Below, in pieces: positions 8,220-17,518 of a stretch of 25,522 nt of DNA. The position numbers and the translations under genes are program-made. Source of the DNA: a virus (lineage: Duplodnaviria; Caudoviricetes); the IMG/VR virus record IMGVR_UViG_3300047560_000136, positions 1 to 25,522 of that record; one strand, given 5' to 3'. Under the pieces are notes generated by a model that saw only the letters and a program-made list of their open reading frames with translations, did not search any database and was not told where the DNA came from. The number at the start of each line of letters is the position of its first letter. The stretch's first letter is position 1.

Positions 8220-11200
8220 TTATGCCGCACCAGCGCGGGCGTATGATTGTTGTTGTAAAACAGAAATCGAATTATCAGGGATAGTAGTCAAAGTATATTG
8301 TCCTGTTACCTTTGTATAATCTGATGAATCCACTAATAATACTCCATTTTCATATAAATTAAAAGCACCACTTGTGTAACTAAATGAATAAGTATCTTGT
8401 CCTATGACTGTAAATGCAATCACATTTACAGGCGTTCCCACAGGTGTTGTCGTATTGTTTTGATCAAATTGAATAATAGATAAATGACCATCAGCCAAGT
8501 TTGGCATATTAGTATAAGTATTTCCTACAATATCATAATCTTGATCAGGAACTACTGTGCCATTAAAGAATGGTATTTCATATCCTGAATTAAATGCCCA
8601 ATCTGTAGGTGTATAAGAGCCAGCCGCAGTTAAATCTGCATTAAATCGACTAAATACAGGATAGCTTGTTCCAGCACCACGATAAACATAAATTGAATTA
8701 CCAGCGCTTGCAGTTACTGATCCTGTAAATGTTATTTCGCCAGTTGTATAATTAACACCTGAAACTGTATATTGTGTCGGTGTTCCTGTATTGCTAAATG
8801 TCATTTTATCGCCAACATTAATATATTGATGTGGCATATTAGCTAGATTCCAATATACATTTGAACCTGAAACGCTATCTACAATTAATCCTGTATTAGC
8901 ATAATAAGCACCACTTGAAACTGCCCTAAATGAAACAATATAAATTTGATCATTTAAATCTGCACCAATATCTAAAGTTACAGTTGTATTAGTGTCTGTG
9001 TATTCATCGTCATTTAATAAACAACCATTTTGAAATACCCAACATTGACCATTAATATAATTGGCGGCGCGTGTTACGCTAAATGCAGTTTGTCCTGAAG
9101 TTGCTACAAAAGGATCAATTGTCATGTAAAAATCATCAGGCGTTGTAAATCCTACAACACGACCATAAATATCAATCGTTAATGTAGTGGCAGTTCCTGT
9201 TTTAATTGTTGGTCCGCCAAAATCTAGGAATTGATCTAATGAAGCTACAACTTGACCATCGGCAGTATTAGTTACTTTAATTTGTCCTGTGCCTGTAGTT
9301 GTATTTCCTACGCCAAGGAATTGTCCTGTAGCCGGTCTTAAATCAATTGTATTTGTGCCATCAGGTAAAGCTGACCATATTTTAGGATCAAATTTAGATG
9401 TGGTTGTAGGAACAAAAGAACCTGAACCTGAAGCGTAGTCAGCAAAGTCAGTATCAAAACTAAATTTATAGTTTTGTCTATTACAATAAATTAAATAAAT
9501 ATTTGTGCCAAATGCTGGATCAGCTAATGTCCATGTTCCAGCATAATCGGCTGGATTGCTAGAAGGTGTTACAGATGAATTATTAAAATATCCATAATAT
9601 AATTTACCTCTAGGATTTAAATCAAATCCAGTTCCATCAATATCATCAGCATAAGCAATAGATAAATAGCGTTCTACATATTGCCATGTTCTAGGTCGCC
9701 ATTCTAATAAAGTAGATGCTAAACTATAATCGCTTGTAGCAATAGCATTAACCATACGGCTAAAGAAATACCAATTACCAGCCGGAAGATTAGATATTTC
9801 AACTGAAGGTAACACTTCATTTAATCCATAAGGATTGCCATTAGATTGAATAGCAGTTGTTCCAGCAAATATTAATTGGCTAGTTGTAGGATATTGATAA
9901 GCTGAATACCAAATTTCTGCATATTGAGTAATGCCAGCACTTGATGATGTTGGTGTTACAAAAATGCTAGGAATAGCTATATTAGGATATTCGGCAGTAA
10001 CAACTGGTGCTGGAACAGTTCCAAAAGCAGTAGGGCTACCAATTCCTGTATTAGGGCTTGGTAAAAATTCTGTTATATTTCTATCGTCATAAACTTGTGG
10101 ATTATATTCCATTAAATTTAATGCGGCAGTTACTTTTCCATCATCAGTAAATTTTTGCGTAACTTTATTAATTCTAAATAATTTAGCAACCCATCCATAA
10201 TTAGCATTTGTTACTGTAACAATATCGCCAGCTTCTAATTGAAGTCCTACATAATTAATTTCACATTGAATTTGTAAATCTTCCCTTGCCGCTTCAAGCA
10301 TACGATTAGCAAGATATTGGGCTTGAACATTATTATTAACTAAATAAAGATTAACTGATTGTTTATTGACTGGTTCATTGGCAAATAAAAGACTTGGATT
10401 AACAACTGCCAAATCAAATGTAGCTGAATTAAATGAATCTTTAGCTGATCCATCGGGAAATTTACATTCAATAATATTAAATGAATTATTAAGATCAATA
10501 GGGCTTACAGTAATACCGCCAATCATATTGCTATTGTTAATATCCATAGCAACTGAATAAGTAGGTTGTTGAACAATAACACCCCAAAGACCAGTTATTT
10601 CATTGTATTTAACCAAGCAATCGCAACAATCTGACATTGCTTGAATATTTTGCATAATCTTTAATTGTGTATCTAAAGAACCATTAAATGTAAATCTAGG
10701 TTGTGTAGTTGTATTTCCATCATAATCTGTATAAGTAAATGATTGACTTGAATATGTATTTAAAGCAGTTAAACTTGTAGTATCAATATTAGCTACAGGA
10801 ATAGCCGCACCATAACGGGTTGAAGTAAAATAATCTAGGAAACAATCGCCGGGGGCTGATCTTGAATTTGTTATTTGAAATCTAGTTTGATTTAAACCAG
10901 TTAAATTACGATCCTGATTATATTTAATATGAACAATAGCAAATGCCGCATTACTCATTAATTTGGTAGCATCCCAAGTATAAATAAGTCCTGTTGAATT
11001 CATTACATCAATAGCTGATGTAGAAGTATTTGCTGGATTATTTGAACCATTTCTATATAGCCAAATATCCATATATCCAGTTACATCTTGTGTTTCATTT
11101 GTAGATTCATCAAGCAATCCTGTTACTTGTGATCCACTTCCAAATATAACTTTTTTACCGCCCCAATAAACATTACCAAAAGTAAATGTATCAGGCGTGC

Positions 11201-11522
11201 CACCAGTTTCAGTATTAGTTACTTCAGATAATGTAATAACCCAATAAATATCTTGGTTATCTTCAGTAATTGACATATCAGTAATAACACCGCCTACATA
11301 AGCTGATCCATAAATAACTGGAATTTTATTATCACCGGCTGGGGAAAGTTGTTGTCGATTGCCCGGATTAGGTTGTGCTTGTTGTGAATTGGTTGGCGCA
11401 TCAGGCGCAAATACTTTTGATAAAATGGATGAAGCCACCATGTTAATAGCGAACGCCACCATTTCCGTCAGCATTTCGCCGGCGACCATGTGGAATATTT
11501 CAACTGCTATAAAACCACCCAT
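8220..11522 (-). CDS. Tail tip/central fibre protein (lambda gpJ-like host specificity protein)
   Basis: 1100 aa. N-terminal KIPVIYG, PGDCFLDYFTSTRYGA, and LEAGDIVTVT...FRI..V...L.EY...VYD pattern of phage tail tip proteins. Located downstream of tape measure and Dit. Confidence 0.8.
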   Translation of the reverse strand: MGGFIAVEIFHMVAGEMLTEMVAFAINMVASSILSKVFAPDAPTNSQQAQPNPGNRQQLSPAGDNKIPVIYGSAYVGGVITDMSITEDNQDIYWVITLSEVTNTETGGTPDTFTFGNVYWGGKKVIFGSGSQVTGLLDESTNETQDVTGYMDIWLYRNGSNNPANTSTSAIDVMNSTGLIYTWDATKLMSNAAFAIVHIKYNQDRNLTGLNQTRFQITNSRSAPGDCFLDYFTSTRYGAAIPVANIDTTSLTALNTYSSQSFTYTDYDGNTTTQPRFTFNGSLDTQLKIMQNIQAMSDCCDCLVKYNEITGLWGVIVQQPTYSVAMDINNSNMIGGITVSPIDLNNSFNIIECKFPDGSAKDSFNSATFDLAVVNPSLLFANEPVNKQSVNLYLVNNNVQAQYLANRMLEAAREDLQIQCEINYVGLQLEAGDIVTVTNANYGWVAKLFRINKVTQKFTDDGKVTAALNLMEYNPQVYDDRNITEFLPSPNTGIGSPTAFGTVPAPVVTAEYPNIAIPSIFVTPTSSSAGITQYAEIWYSAYQYPTTSQLIFAGTTAIQSNGNPYGLNEVLPSVEISNLPAGNWYFFSRMVNAIATSDYSLASTLLEWRPRTWQYVERYLSIAYADDIDGTGFDLNPRGKLYYGYFNNSSVTPSSNPADYAGTWTLADPAFGTNIYLIYCNRQNYKFSFDTDFADYASGSGSFVPTTTSKFDPKIWSALPDGTNTIDLRPATGQFLGVGNTTTGTGQIKVTNTADGQVVASLDQFLDFGGPTIKTGTATTLTIDIYGRVVGFTTPDDFYMTIDPFVATSGQTAFSVTRAANYINGQCWVFQNGCLLNDDEYTDTNTTVTLDIGADLNDQIYIVSFRAVSSGAYYANTGLIVDSVSGSNVYWNLANMPHQYINVGDKMTFSNTGTPTQYTVSGVNYTTGEITFTGSVTASAGNSIYVYRGAGTSYPVFSRFNADLTAAGSYTPTDWAFNSGYEIPFFNGTVVPDQDYDIVGNTYTNMPNLADGHLSIIQFDQNNTTTPVGTPVNVIAFTVIGQDTYSFSYTSGAFNLYENGVLLVDSSDYTKVTGQYTLTTIPDNSISVLQQQSYARAGAA

Positions 11523-11947
11523 TAACTAATTTCCCAATGATGTTCTAATAATTTTAAACCAAATTTAGATAAATCAATGCCAATATAAGATGACATTACG
11601 GCTTGATTTATTTCATGTCTATCAATCATGTCTTTTGCTATTTTTATATATTCTTTAATTAATCTTGCTATTACAATATTTGTTTTTCCAGTTAGCATTG
11701 TTTCTTGTAATTGATATATGTTTTCATTCCAAAAGCATTGCGATTTGACTGCTACCAAAATGCCTGTTTGATCATTATCAATTAATACAAATCCACGCCC
11801 AGCATATAAAGCACTTAAAATAGTTTCTACATAAGTTTTTGACCAGCTTAACGGATTCTTTGTTAATGGATTATCCGATTTAATTGCAAAGTCTTTTAGT
11901 AGTTCTATTATCTTATCGTTATCGTATTTGTTTGCAAATCTAATCAA
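11522..11947 (-). CDS. GNAT-fold-like protein in the tail module (degenerate)
   Basis: Starts MIRFANKYDNDKIIELL (GNAT beta1-alpha1 pattern) and ends KFGLKLLEHHW. TTG start overlaps the upstream TGA, and its TAA overlaps the downstream ATG. Confidence 0.5.
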   Translation of the reverse strand: MIRFANKYDNDKIIELLKDFAIKSDNPLTKNPLSWSKTYVETILSALYAGRGFVLIDNDQTGILVAVKSQCFWNENIYQLQETMLTGKTNIVIARLIKEYIKIAKDMIDRHEINQAVMSSYIGIDLSKFGLKLLEHHWEIS

Positions 11948-12537
11948 CCAGTTTTCCCAAAGGCATAATTAATAGTTTCAATAAAATTAACACGATTCAT
12001 AGATGTATCGCCCGGATTAAAAAATTCCCAAGCATTATTATTGGTATATCTTCCGGCAGTTCTATTTTGAAGAATGATTTGAATGCTAGATGCTGAAGCG
12101 GTTATGATACCTACATAAGCCCTTGCTTCTTCCATATATTGTTCAGTAATAGAAAAAGAACTTATATAGCCTGTAAAAAATTTATAAAGACCGCCTGTGC
12201 CGCCAGTAGTAATTAATTCATTGTCTGTATTAAAGAATCCATGCCACATTTCAATTAAAGAACCTTTAATATCATGTCCTAAAGCCCAGCCTAAAAGTGC
12301 AGTATCTAAACCCACCAAAGTAATTGTTGTTTCATTGGCGGTTGATTTAATATCGCGTTGAACATCGCCAATTTTAACTAATGATCCTAATGCATCAAAA
12401 GGTTGGGAATCTACGGCTGGAATAGTAAGAATTGAAGGTGTGGTAGCAAAACGATAGGTAGCAGTAGATGTCGTAACTCTTACGAAATCTGCCATCCTTA
12501 TATTATTGGTATTTTGTATTGGTGTTATATTATCCAT
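11944..12537 (-). CDS. Minor tail protein (tail hub, gpL-like position)
   Basis: Synteny between distal tail and tail tip genes. Beta-rich, with F..LG.L..IG.V...ITLVGLD...F.G.I and NPGD.SM motifs. TAATG coupling. Confidence 0.55.
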   Translation of the reverse strand: MDNITPIQNTNNIRMADFVRVTTSTATYRFATTPSILTIPAVDSQPFDALGSLVKIGDVQRDIKSTANETTITLVGLDTALLGWALGHDIKGSLIEMWHGFFNTDNELITTGGTGGLYKFFTGYISSFSITEQYMEEARAYVGIITASASSIQIILQNRTAGRYTNNNAWEFFNPGDTSMNRVNFIETINYAFGKTG

Positions 12538-13220
12538 TATGTAACCGCTTCTATAGCTTTAAATGTTCCATTCCATGTAACAAATGAATCATTAGTCATA
12601 GGAATAAAAGTGTAAGTTGGGTATTCTTGAAGTATAACAGGGAAAGTAACACCAATATAAGTGTTTCCACCTAAAGATTGTGTTATGCCATATTGACCAA
12701 TAACCGCATCCATAGGATTTGTTAATGTTGTCATAATAGTTCTATGAACAGGAATAGAAACAGTTGAACCCGATCCGCGTAAAACATCATCAGTAGCAAT
12801 ATAAGAATATCTATCAATTTGTAAAAAATCCCCCGTTTTAACAATATAATCAGTTGGCGACATTGTTGGTAAAGAACCTAATACAATTGTTTTATTTGCG
12901 CTTGAAGTTTGATATTGACAATTACCAATTTCAGTAGCATCCATATCGCCTTGATAAGCAATATAATTCCACCATCCGGTAGAACCAAAATTTAAATAAG
13001 ATTCATATTGGCGATCCACGGAACGCAAATTAGATAATAAAGCCCTATTTTGACTATAAAGCAAATAATTCATTGGCTTCATATCAAAGAAAAAAGGTTG
13101 AACTGATAAGATTTCGGAAGTAGATATTCTTTGATTTCTACTCATTGTTTGACCAATAAAGCGATGGTCATTAATACCAACAGATTCAGAAATTGCTAAT
13201 ATTTGATTTAATGTAGCCAT
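12537..13220 (-). CDS. Distal tail protein (Dit/gpM-like)
   Basis: First gene after the tape measure. Contains VKTGDFLQI and a C-terminal F.AIEA pattern. Confidence 0.55.
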   Translation of the reverse strand: MATLNQILAISESVGINDHRFIGQTMSRNQRISTSEILSVQPFFFDMKPMNYLLYSQNRALLSNLRSVDRQYESYLNFGSTGWWNYIAYQGDMDATEIGNCQYQTSSANKTIVLGSLPTMSPTDYIVKTGDFLQIDRYSYIATDDVLRGSGSTVSIPVHRTIMTTLTNPMDAVIGQYGITQSLGGNTYIGVTFPVILQEYPTYTFIPMTNDSFVTWNGTFKAIEAVT

Positions 13221-13222
13221 AT

Positions 13223-14947
13223 TTATCTACTTTGTGGTAATGATCTTTGGGCAGATTGATTAGCTGACCAAACTGCTTGTTTATTTTTAGCCAAGAATTG
13301 CGTGGCTGATTGCGTATCAATAGCTTGCATATTAGCAATATAAGGACCATTATACACGATTTGTGGACTGCCACCCATCATTGATCCTATTTGGTTATTA
13401 GGAATAATAGCGCCTGATGTTGATGGAACAAATATTTCAGGACCGCGTTCACCAACAAGATAAGGTGAAGCACCACTTACATCACCACCACCAGCTTTAC
13501 CTAAAAGAATTGATCCGCCGATTTCACCGGTTGATCCTGTGAACATTCCGCTACCGCCACCACCAAATCCAAATATTTTACCCAATGCACCAAACATAGA
13601 TGTCATTTGTGCGCGCATTTGAATCTTAATTAAATCTGCAATAATACTTCTTGCTAAATCGCTAAAGCTTAATTTGCCTGTTCTGACAAATTGATCAATA
13701 GCAGATTCCATATTTTGTGTAACAGATACAAATGCTTCTTCACCCATTTTTGCCGCATTAGTAGCATTTTCAATGTAAGATGCATAAGCTTTTTTCCAGC
13801 CAAATTCAAAAGTTCTTTGTGATTGTGCAATTTGATATTCTTCTTGCGCCCTTTGTTTTTCTAATTTAGCCCAATCAGCCGCTTGTTCTTTAGTCATTTT
13901 CTTTTCTTCAACTAAAAGTTTTTGTTTTTGTTCAATATCAAAAATTTCAAGTTTAAGTTTTTTTTCATTTTCCATTAAAAAAGCATATTCAGCTTCTTTT
14001 TTATTTCTTTCCATTTTGGCTTGTGTGATTAATTTTTCTTTATCATAAAATTCTTGTTGCTTTTTCATTAATGCAAGAACATCTTTATTTTGTTGTTGTT
14101 CGCGATTAATTTGATCGGCAAAATTAAATGATTTACCATCTTTTCTTTCAGCTATTTGATTTTCAGGCATATACCAAGTTAATGGTATCCATTTACTCAT
14201 TTGACCTAAATGGTCTTGAATAAATTTATTGATTTTTGCCATTGTATTATAAAATTGAATAGCTTTATCTGTTATAAATTCAAAAGCTTTTCCCATTTTT
14301 AATGCAAAGCCTGTTTCCATTGCAAAAGATAATTTATTAAGATTATCTACTGCATTACCTATTTGTTTAAACGCTTCTTCAGCATCTTTAAAAGATTTTT
14401 GATTTTGATCTAATTGATCAGCAACACCATTCCAATCAATACCCCTTGAAGCACGACCGATAACATTAAATGCAACACCAGTTTTATCTGCAACATCACC
14501 AAGTTTTTTAAATCCATCAATTGCTTTAAATAACAATTGATCCATTGGTTTTGTGCGTAAATCTTCCATAGAAATGCCAAGCCTTTTAAAGCTTTCTTGC
14601 ATTTCTTTATTTTGATGATTGGCTTCATAAACACTACGGGTAAATTTATTAACAAGCTGACCAGCAGTATCAGCTTTTCCGCCATTGGTAATTAAAGCTT
14701 CATTAAGCCTTAAAACATTTTGAACTGAAAGTTCTGAAGCTTGGGATATGTCATTGATACTATCTGCAAATCTAACTGCGTGAACTGCGGCAGTAGCAAA
14801 AGCAGTTCCAATAGCCGCAACGCCTAGGCGTGAACCTATAATAGATTGATTAAATCCTTGAAGTCTTTCTTGGGCAATGCCTAAATTCTTGTTAAATTCA
14901 CCGGCATCTAAACCAAGAACAACACCTAACCGCGATATTAAAGACAT
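13223..14947 (-). CDS. Tail tape measure protein (lambda family), 574 aa
   Basis: N-terminal ISRLGVVLGLDAGEF, helical/coiled-coil body, lambda-type MESAIDQFVRTGKLSFSDLARSIIADLIKI, and C-terminal AGGG.V....YLVGERGPEIFVP. Confidence 0.9.
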   Translation of the reverse strand: MSLISRLGVVLGLDAGEFNKNLGIAQERLQGFNQSIIGSRLGVAAIGTAFATAAVHAVRFADSINDISQASELSVQNVLRLNEALITNGGKADTAGQLVNKFTRSVYEANHQNKEMQESFKRLGISMEDLRTKPMDQLLFKAIDGFKKLGDVADKTGVAFNVIGRASRGIDWNGVADQLDQNQKSFKDAEEAFKQIGNAVDNLNKLSFAMETGFALKMGKAFEFITDKAIQFYNTMAKINKFIQDHLGQMSKWIPLTWYMPENQIAERKDGKSFNFADQINREQQQNKDVLALMKKQQEFYDKEKLITQAKMERNKKEAEYAFLMENEKKLKLEIFDIEQKQKLLVEEKKMTKEQAADWAKLEKQRAQEEYQIAQSQRTFEFGWKKAYASYIENATNAAKMGEEAFVSVTQNMESAIDQFVRTGKLSFSDLARSIIADLIKIQMRAQMTSMFGALGKIFGFGGGGSGMFTGSTGEIGGSILLGKAGGGDVSGASPYLVGERGPEIFVPSTSGAIIPNNQIGSMMGGSPQIVYNGPYIANMQAIDTQSATQFLAKNKQAVWSANQSAQRSLPQSR

Positions 14948-14952
14948 AAAAC

Positions 14953-15309
14953 TTACCTTTTAAATTTGTCTAAACTAAACCCTTGGGCTTGCGACATAAA
15001 TACTAATAATGAATCACTAGCGGTTACTTCGGGTTCATTATAGTAATATTGATAAACATTACCTAATATGTCTTTAAGTTTGTAAGTTTGACTTTCTTTA
15101 CTGCGTAAATAATTAAATACCCCCGCCGTAAGTATTCCTAGCCCCGTTACAACACTTTTATTGCCCAAAGCACCATCAGCATACATGACCATAATTTCGT
15201 TCATTGTAGCTTCATCTAGCGCGTCTATATCTTGTGTTGTATGCCCATTAAAAATCATTGCCGCCCGCACTTGGGTTCTTAATGAGCCTATTACTTTGAC
15301 TTTATATCT
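14953..15309 (-). CDS. Tail assembly chaperone C-terminal extension (gpT-like), probably expressed by -1 frameshift
   Basis: The frame is open from 15309, upstream of the GTG at 15270, and overlaps the last codons of the preceding chaperone in the -1 frame. Immediately precedes the tape measure gene. Confidence 0.65.
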   Translation of the reverse strand, partial: RYKVKVIGSLRTQVRAAMIFNGHTTQDIDALDEATMNEIMVMYADGALGNKSVVTGLGILTAGVFNYLRSKESQTYKLKDILGNVYQYYYNEPEVTASDSLLVFMSQAQGFSLDKFKR

Positions 15310-15770
15310 TTATAGTCCGGGCTTATAACTTCATTAATTTTATCCACTAAAGTTAATTGAATGGATAAAGGAAATTCATCTTCAACATCTTTATATTCAA
15401 TTCCATCTAATGATTGACCATCTTCAGGAATTAAAAATTTAATATATTCAACTATTCTGTGCTGAATAGATACTTTACTTTTAGCCGCTTCGCGTAATGA
15501 TCTACCATCAACAACAATATCGTTATCTGTAAATTCTACATTATCGCCAGCTTGATCTTTCATAGCGATTAAATCTTTAGATAATTCTTTATAAATTTCT
15601 TCTACTTTTTCTTCATCAGGATGTTTAAAGTAATCTTAAATAGCTTCTATTTCGTGAACGCTTGGCACTCTAACTTTAAAAGTATGATTGCCTAATTCAA
15701 ATGTTCTAGTAAGAATTGAAAGTTTATGTTCTTCATATTTCTTACCTAATGCTGATCCTAATTTACTCAT
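15291..15770 (-). pseudogene. Tail assembly chaperone (gpG-like), 159 codons, interrupted by in-frame TAA at codon 45 (true nonsense allele or sequence error)
   Basis: ATG at 15770 overlaps the TGA of the upstream gene (ATGA). It reads MSKLGSALGKKYEEHKLSILTRTFELGNHTFKVRVPSVHEIEAI*DYFKHPDEEKVEEIYKELSKDLIA and continues in frame into the 15291..15563 ORF. The TAA is at 15636-15638. Confidence 0.7.
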
Positions 15771-16318
15771 ACATTCTTACTCCTATATTGTTCAATTTTT
15801 TGTTGTAAAATCTTACCTAATGTTTCACTTACCGCTTGCGCTTGTGATTCTAAAGAAACTCTTAAATATGGTTTGCCGGGCATATTAGCCGTTCCAAATT
15901 CATTAGCCGCCGCACGACCATCTGCTAAATATCCTTGTTCAGCAAAATAAGCTTTTTTAGCACTTCTAAATTCAGCACCTTTAAGATGCGAATGTGATTG
16001 TTTAAATTTCTTTTTTAAGCTTTTAGGAATCGGTTTAGTGGATACTAAAGATATAACAGAATCTTGGTATTTTACATATCTTGATTGTTTATCTTTTCCA
16101 CTTGGTCTTCTTGCAGTTATATACAAAGAATCAACCAATAAATGTGTATCGCCTTTTGGAACTAAAGCTTTAGCCATTGCTAAAACTGGTTTCATAGCTT
16201 CCCGAACTGCCGGGATCAATACTTTACTTGTGGCTTTTTTATCGCCTATATCAACTCTTAATTGTTCAAAGACTTCTAAAGTTTCCTTCAAGCCTTTAAC
16301 TTCAAAAGTTGTTGCCAT
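15767..16318 (-). CDS. HK97 gp10-like tail completion/neck protein
   Basis: FEVKGLKE..., AKALVPKGDTHLL..S, and ANEFGTANMPGKPYLRVSLE match the family pattern (EFGT..M.A.PFLRPA). Basic protein. Confidence 0.85.
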   Translation of the reverse strand: MATTFEVKGLKETLEVFEQLRVDIGDKKATSKVLIPAVREAMKPVLAMAKALVPKGDTHLLVDSLYITARRPSGKDKQSRYVKYQDSVISLVSTKPIPKSLKKKFKQSHSHLKGAEFRSAKKAYFAEQGYLADGRAAANEFGTANMPGKPYLRVSLESQAQAVSETLGKILQQKIEQYRSKNV

Positions 16319-16545
16319 TAATCTGCCTTAATTATTTTATGATAAATCGCATTATTTAAACGGATTGCATAATCAACACATTCTTCAGGGCTTAATTTAT
16401 CAGCTTGATATTTAGCAATTTCATGCGCTAAAGCAATGCCTGTTAAGCGTTGTTGGGCAAACCCAAACCAGTTCTTTTGACCTGAACCAGCTTGGGCTAC
16501 CAAATAAGCTAATAAATCGTTCTGTGATTTAATTTCCGTTGTCAT
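16318..16545 (-). CDS. Hypothetical protein, 75 aa
   Basis: AAGGA RBS, TAATG coupling to the next gene, fills the gap after the tail tube gene. Confidence 0.7.
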   Translation of the reverse strand: MTTEIKSQNDLLAYLVAQAGSGQKNWFGFAQQRLTGIALAHEIAKYQADKLSPEECVDYAIRLNNAIYHKIIKAD

Positions 16546-16563
16546 GTCTTTTCCTTGTCTTAA

Positions 16564-17061
16564 TTAAGAATTGTTTGACCAACCATATTGGTTGCCGCGT
16601 GGGTGAACAGTAAATGTGCATTTTGTTTCAGCGCCCGGTGCTGGATCAATTTTGAATTCGCCAACACGACCATTGAAAGCATAAGCAACAATATTGTTTT
16701 CGCCATCATTAGCAAAAATAACAAATGTTCTGTCAATTGTGCCAACATAAGCATCATTACGCATTACTAATAACATTGCGTCAGATGGATTCCATGCCGC
16801 AGTAATAGTCATTGAAGTAGGTGCGGCTTGAACTGGGATTTTGTCAGATTGACGGCTACCAGCTACACCAAAAGATGCAACTGCATCATCTTGACCAAAT
16901 GCTGGAATAGCTTCAACAGGAATAACTGTTGTAGGATCAGCAATAGCTGAAACATCAGCCCAAGTGCCTAATTGTGTAACAGTTAAAGGTGTTGGTGTTG
17001 CGCTATCTTGCGCGTATAGGGTTGCGCTAAAGCCGGGTAAAATTTTATTTGGAAGTGCCAT
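16564..17061 (-). CDS. Major tail (tube) protein
   Basis: 165 aa, acidic and beta-rich (YAFNGRVGEFKID...KCTFTVHP). Strong RBS AAAGGAAA. Directly follows the tail terminator. Confidence 0.75.
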   Translation of the reverse strand: MALPNKILPGFSATLYAQDSATPTPLTVTQLGTWADVSAIADPTTVIPVEAIPAFGQDDAVASFGVAGSRQSDKIPVQAAPTSMTITAAWNPSDAMLLVMRNDAYVGTIDRTFVIFANDGENNIVAYAFNGRVGEFKIDPAPGAETKCTFTVHPRGNQYGWSNNS

Positions 17062-17094
17062 AATTTATTTCCTTTGTTAAAAAATTAAAAATTC

Positions 17095-17517
17095 TTATGT
17101 TGGTATATCTAGTGTGCAATCCATAAATATATTGAATAGATTGATTTCGTTATCGTATCCATTATAAAGCCAAACTACATCTGCCTTTGATATTGGGAAA
17201 CTTGTGCCACTAGGATCACCAAATATTCCGCTATACCCGTGCAATGCTTGTAAAATTGTATTTGCAGTTTGAAAGCTACCTTCCATGCTAGTTGAAAAAA
17301 CACTCATTTGGAAAATAGGTCTATCAATACCTTTAATGCTTTGTATCTGACCAGTATAAACTGGCTGATGAACATTTCTTAATTGCCATGTTACAAAGTC
17401 ATTCTGTGTAGCAAAATTTCTATTAAAGTTCGCATATACAGGAACAGGGGATATTATATCACTTAACTGCCATTGTATTGCTTTTGCATAATCATTTACA
17501 TTCTGTTGAATAGCCAT
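17095..17517 (-). CDS. Tail terminator protein
   Basis: 140 aa with PVY...FVTWQ...FQMSVFS...A..I.QALHGYSG pattern. Lies before the tail tube gene. Confidence 0.7.
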   Translation of the reverse strand: MAIQQNVNDYAKAIQWQLSDIISPVPVYANFNRNFATQNDFVTWQLRNVHQPVYTGQIQSIKGIDRPIFQMSVFSTSMEGSFQTANTILQALHGYSGIFGDPSGTSFPISKADVVWLYNGYDNEINLFNIFMDCTLDIPT

Positions 17518-17518
17518 A

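Noticed and set aside
15636-15638. Genome-wide stop codon reassignment explaining the internal TAA
   Set aside because: TAA, TAG and TGA all terminate well-defined genes here, often in start/stop overlaps, and no other gene is interrupted.
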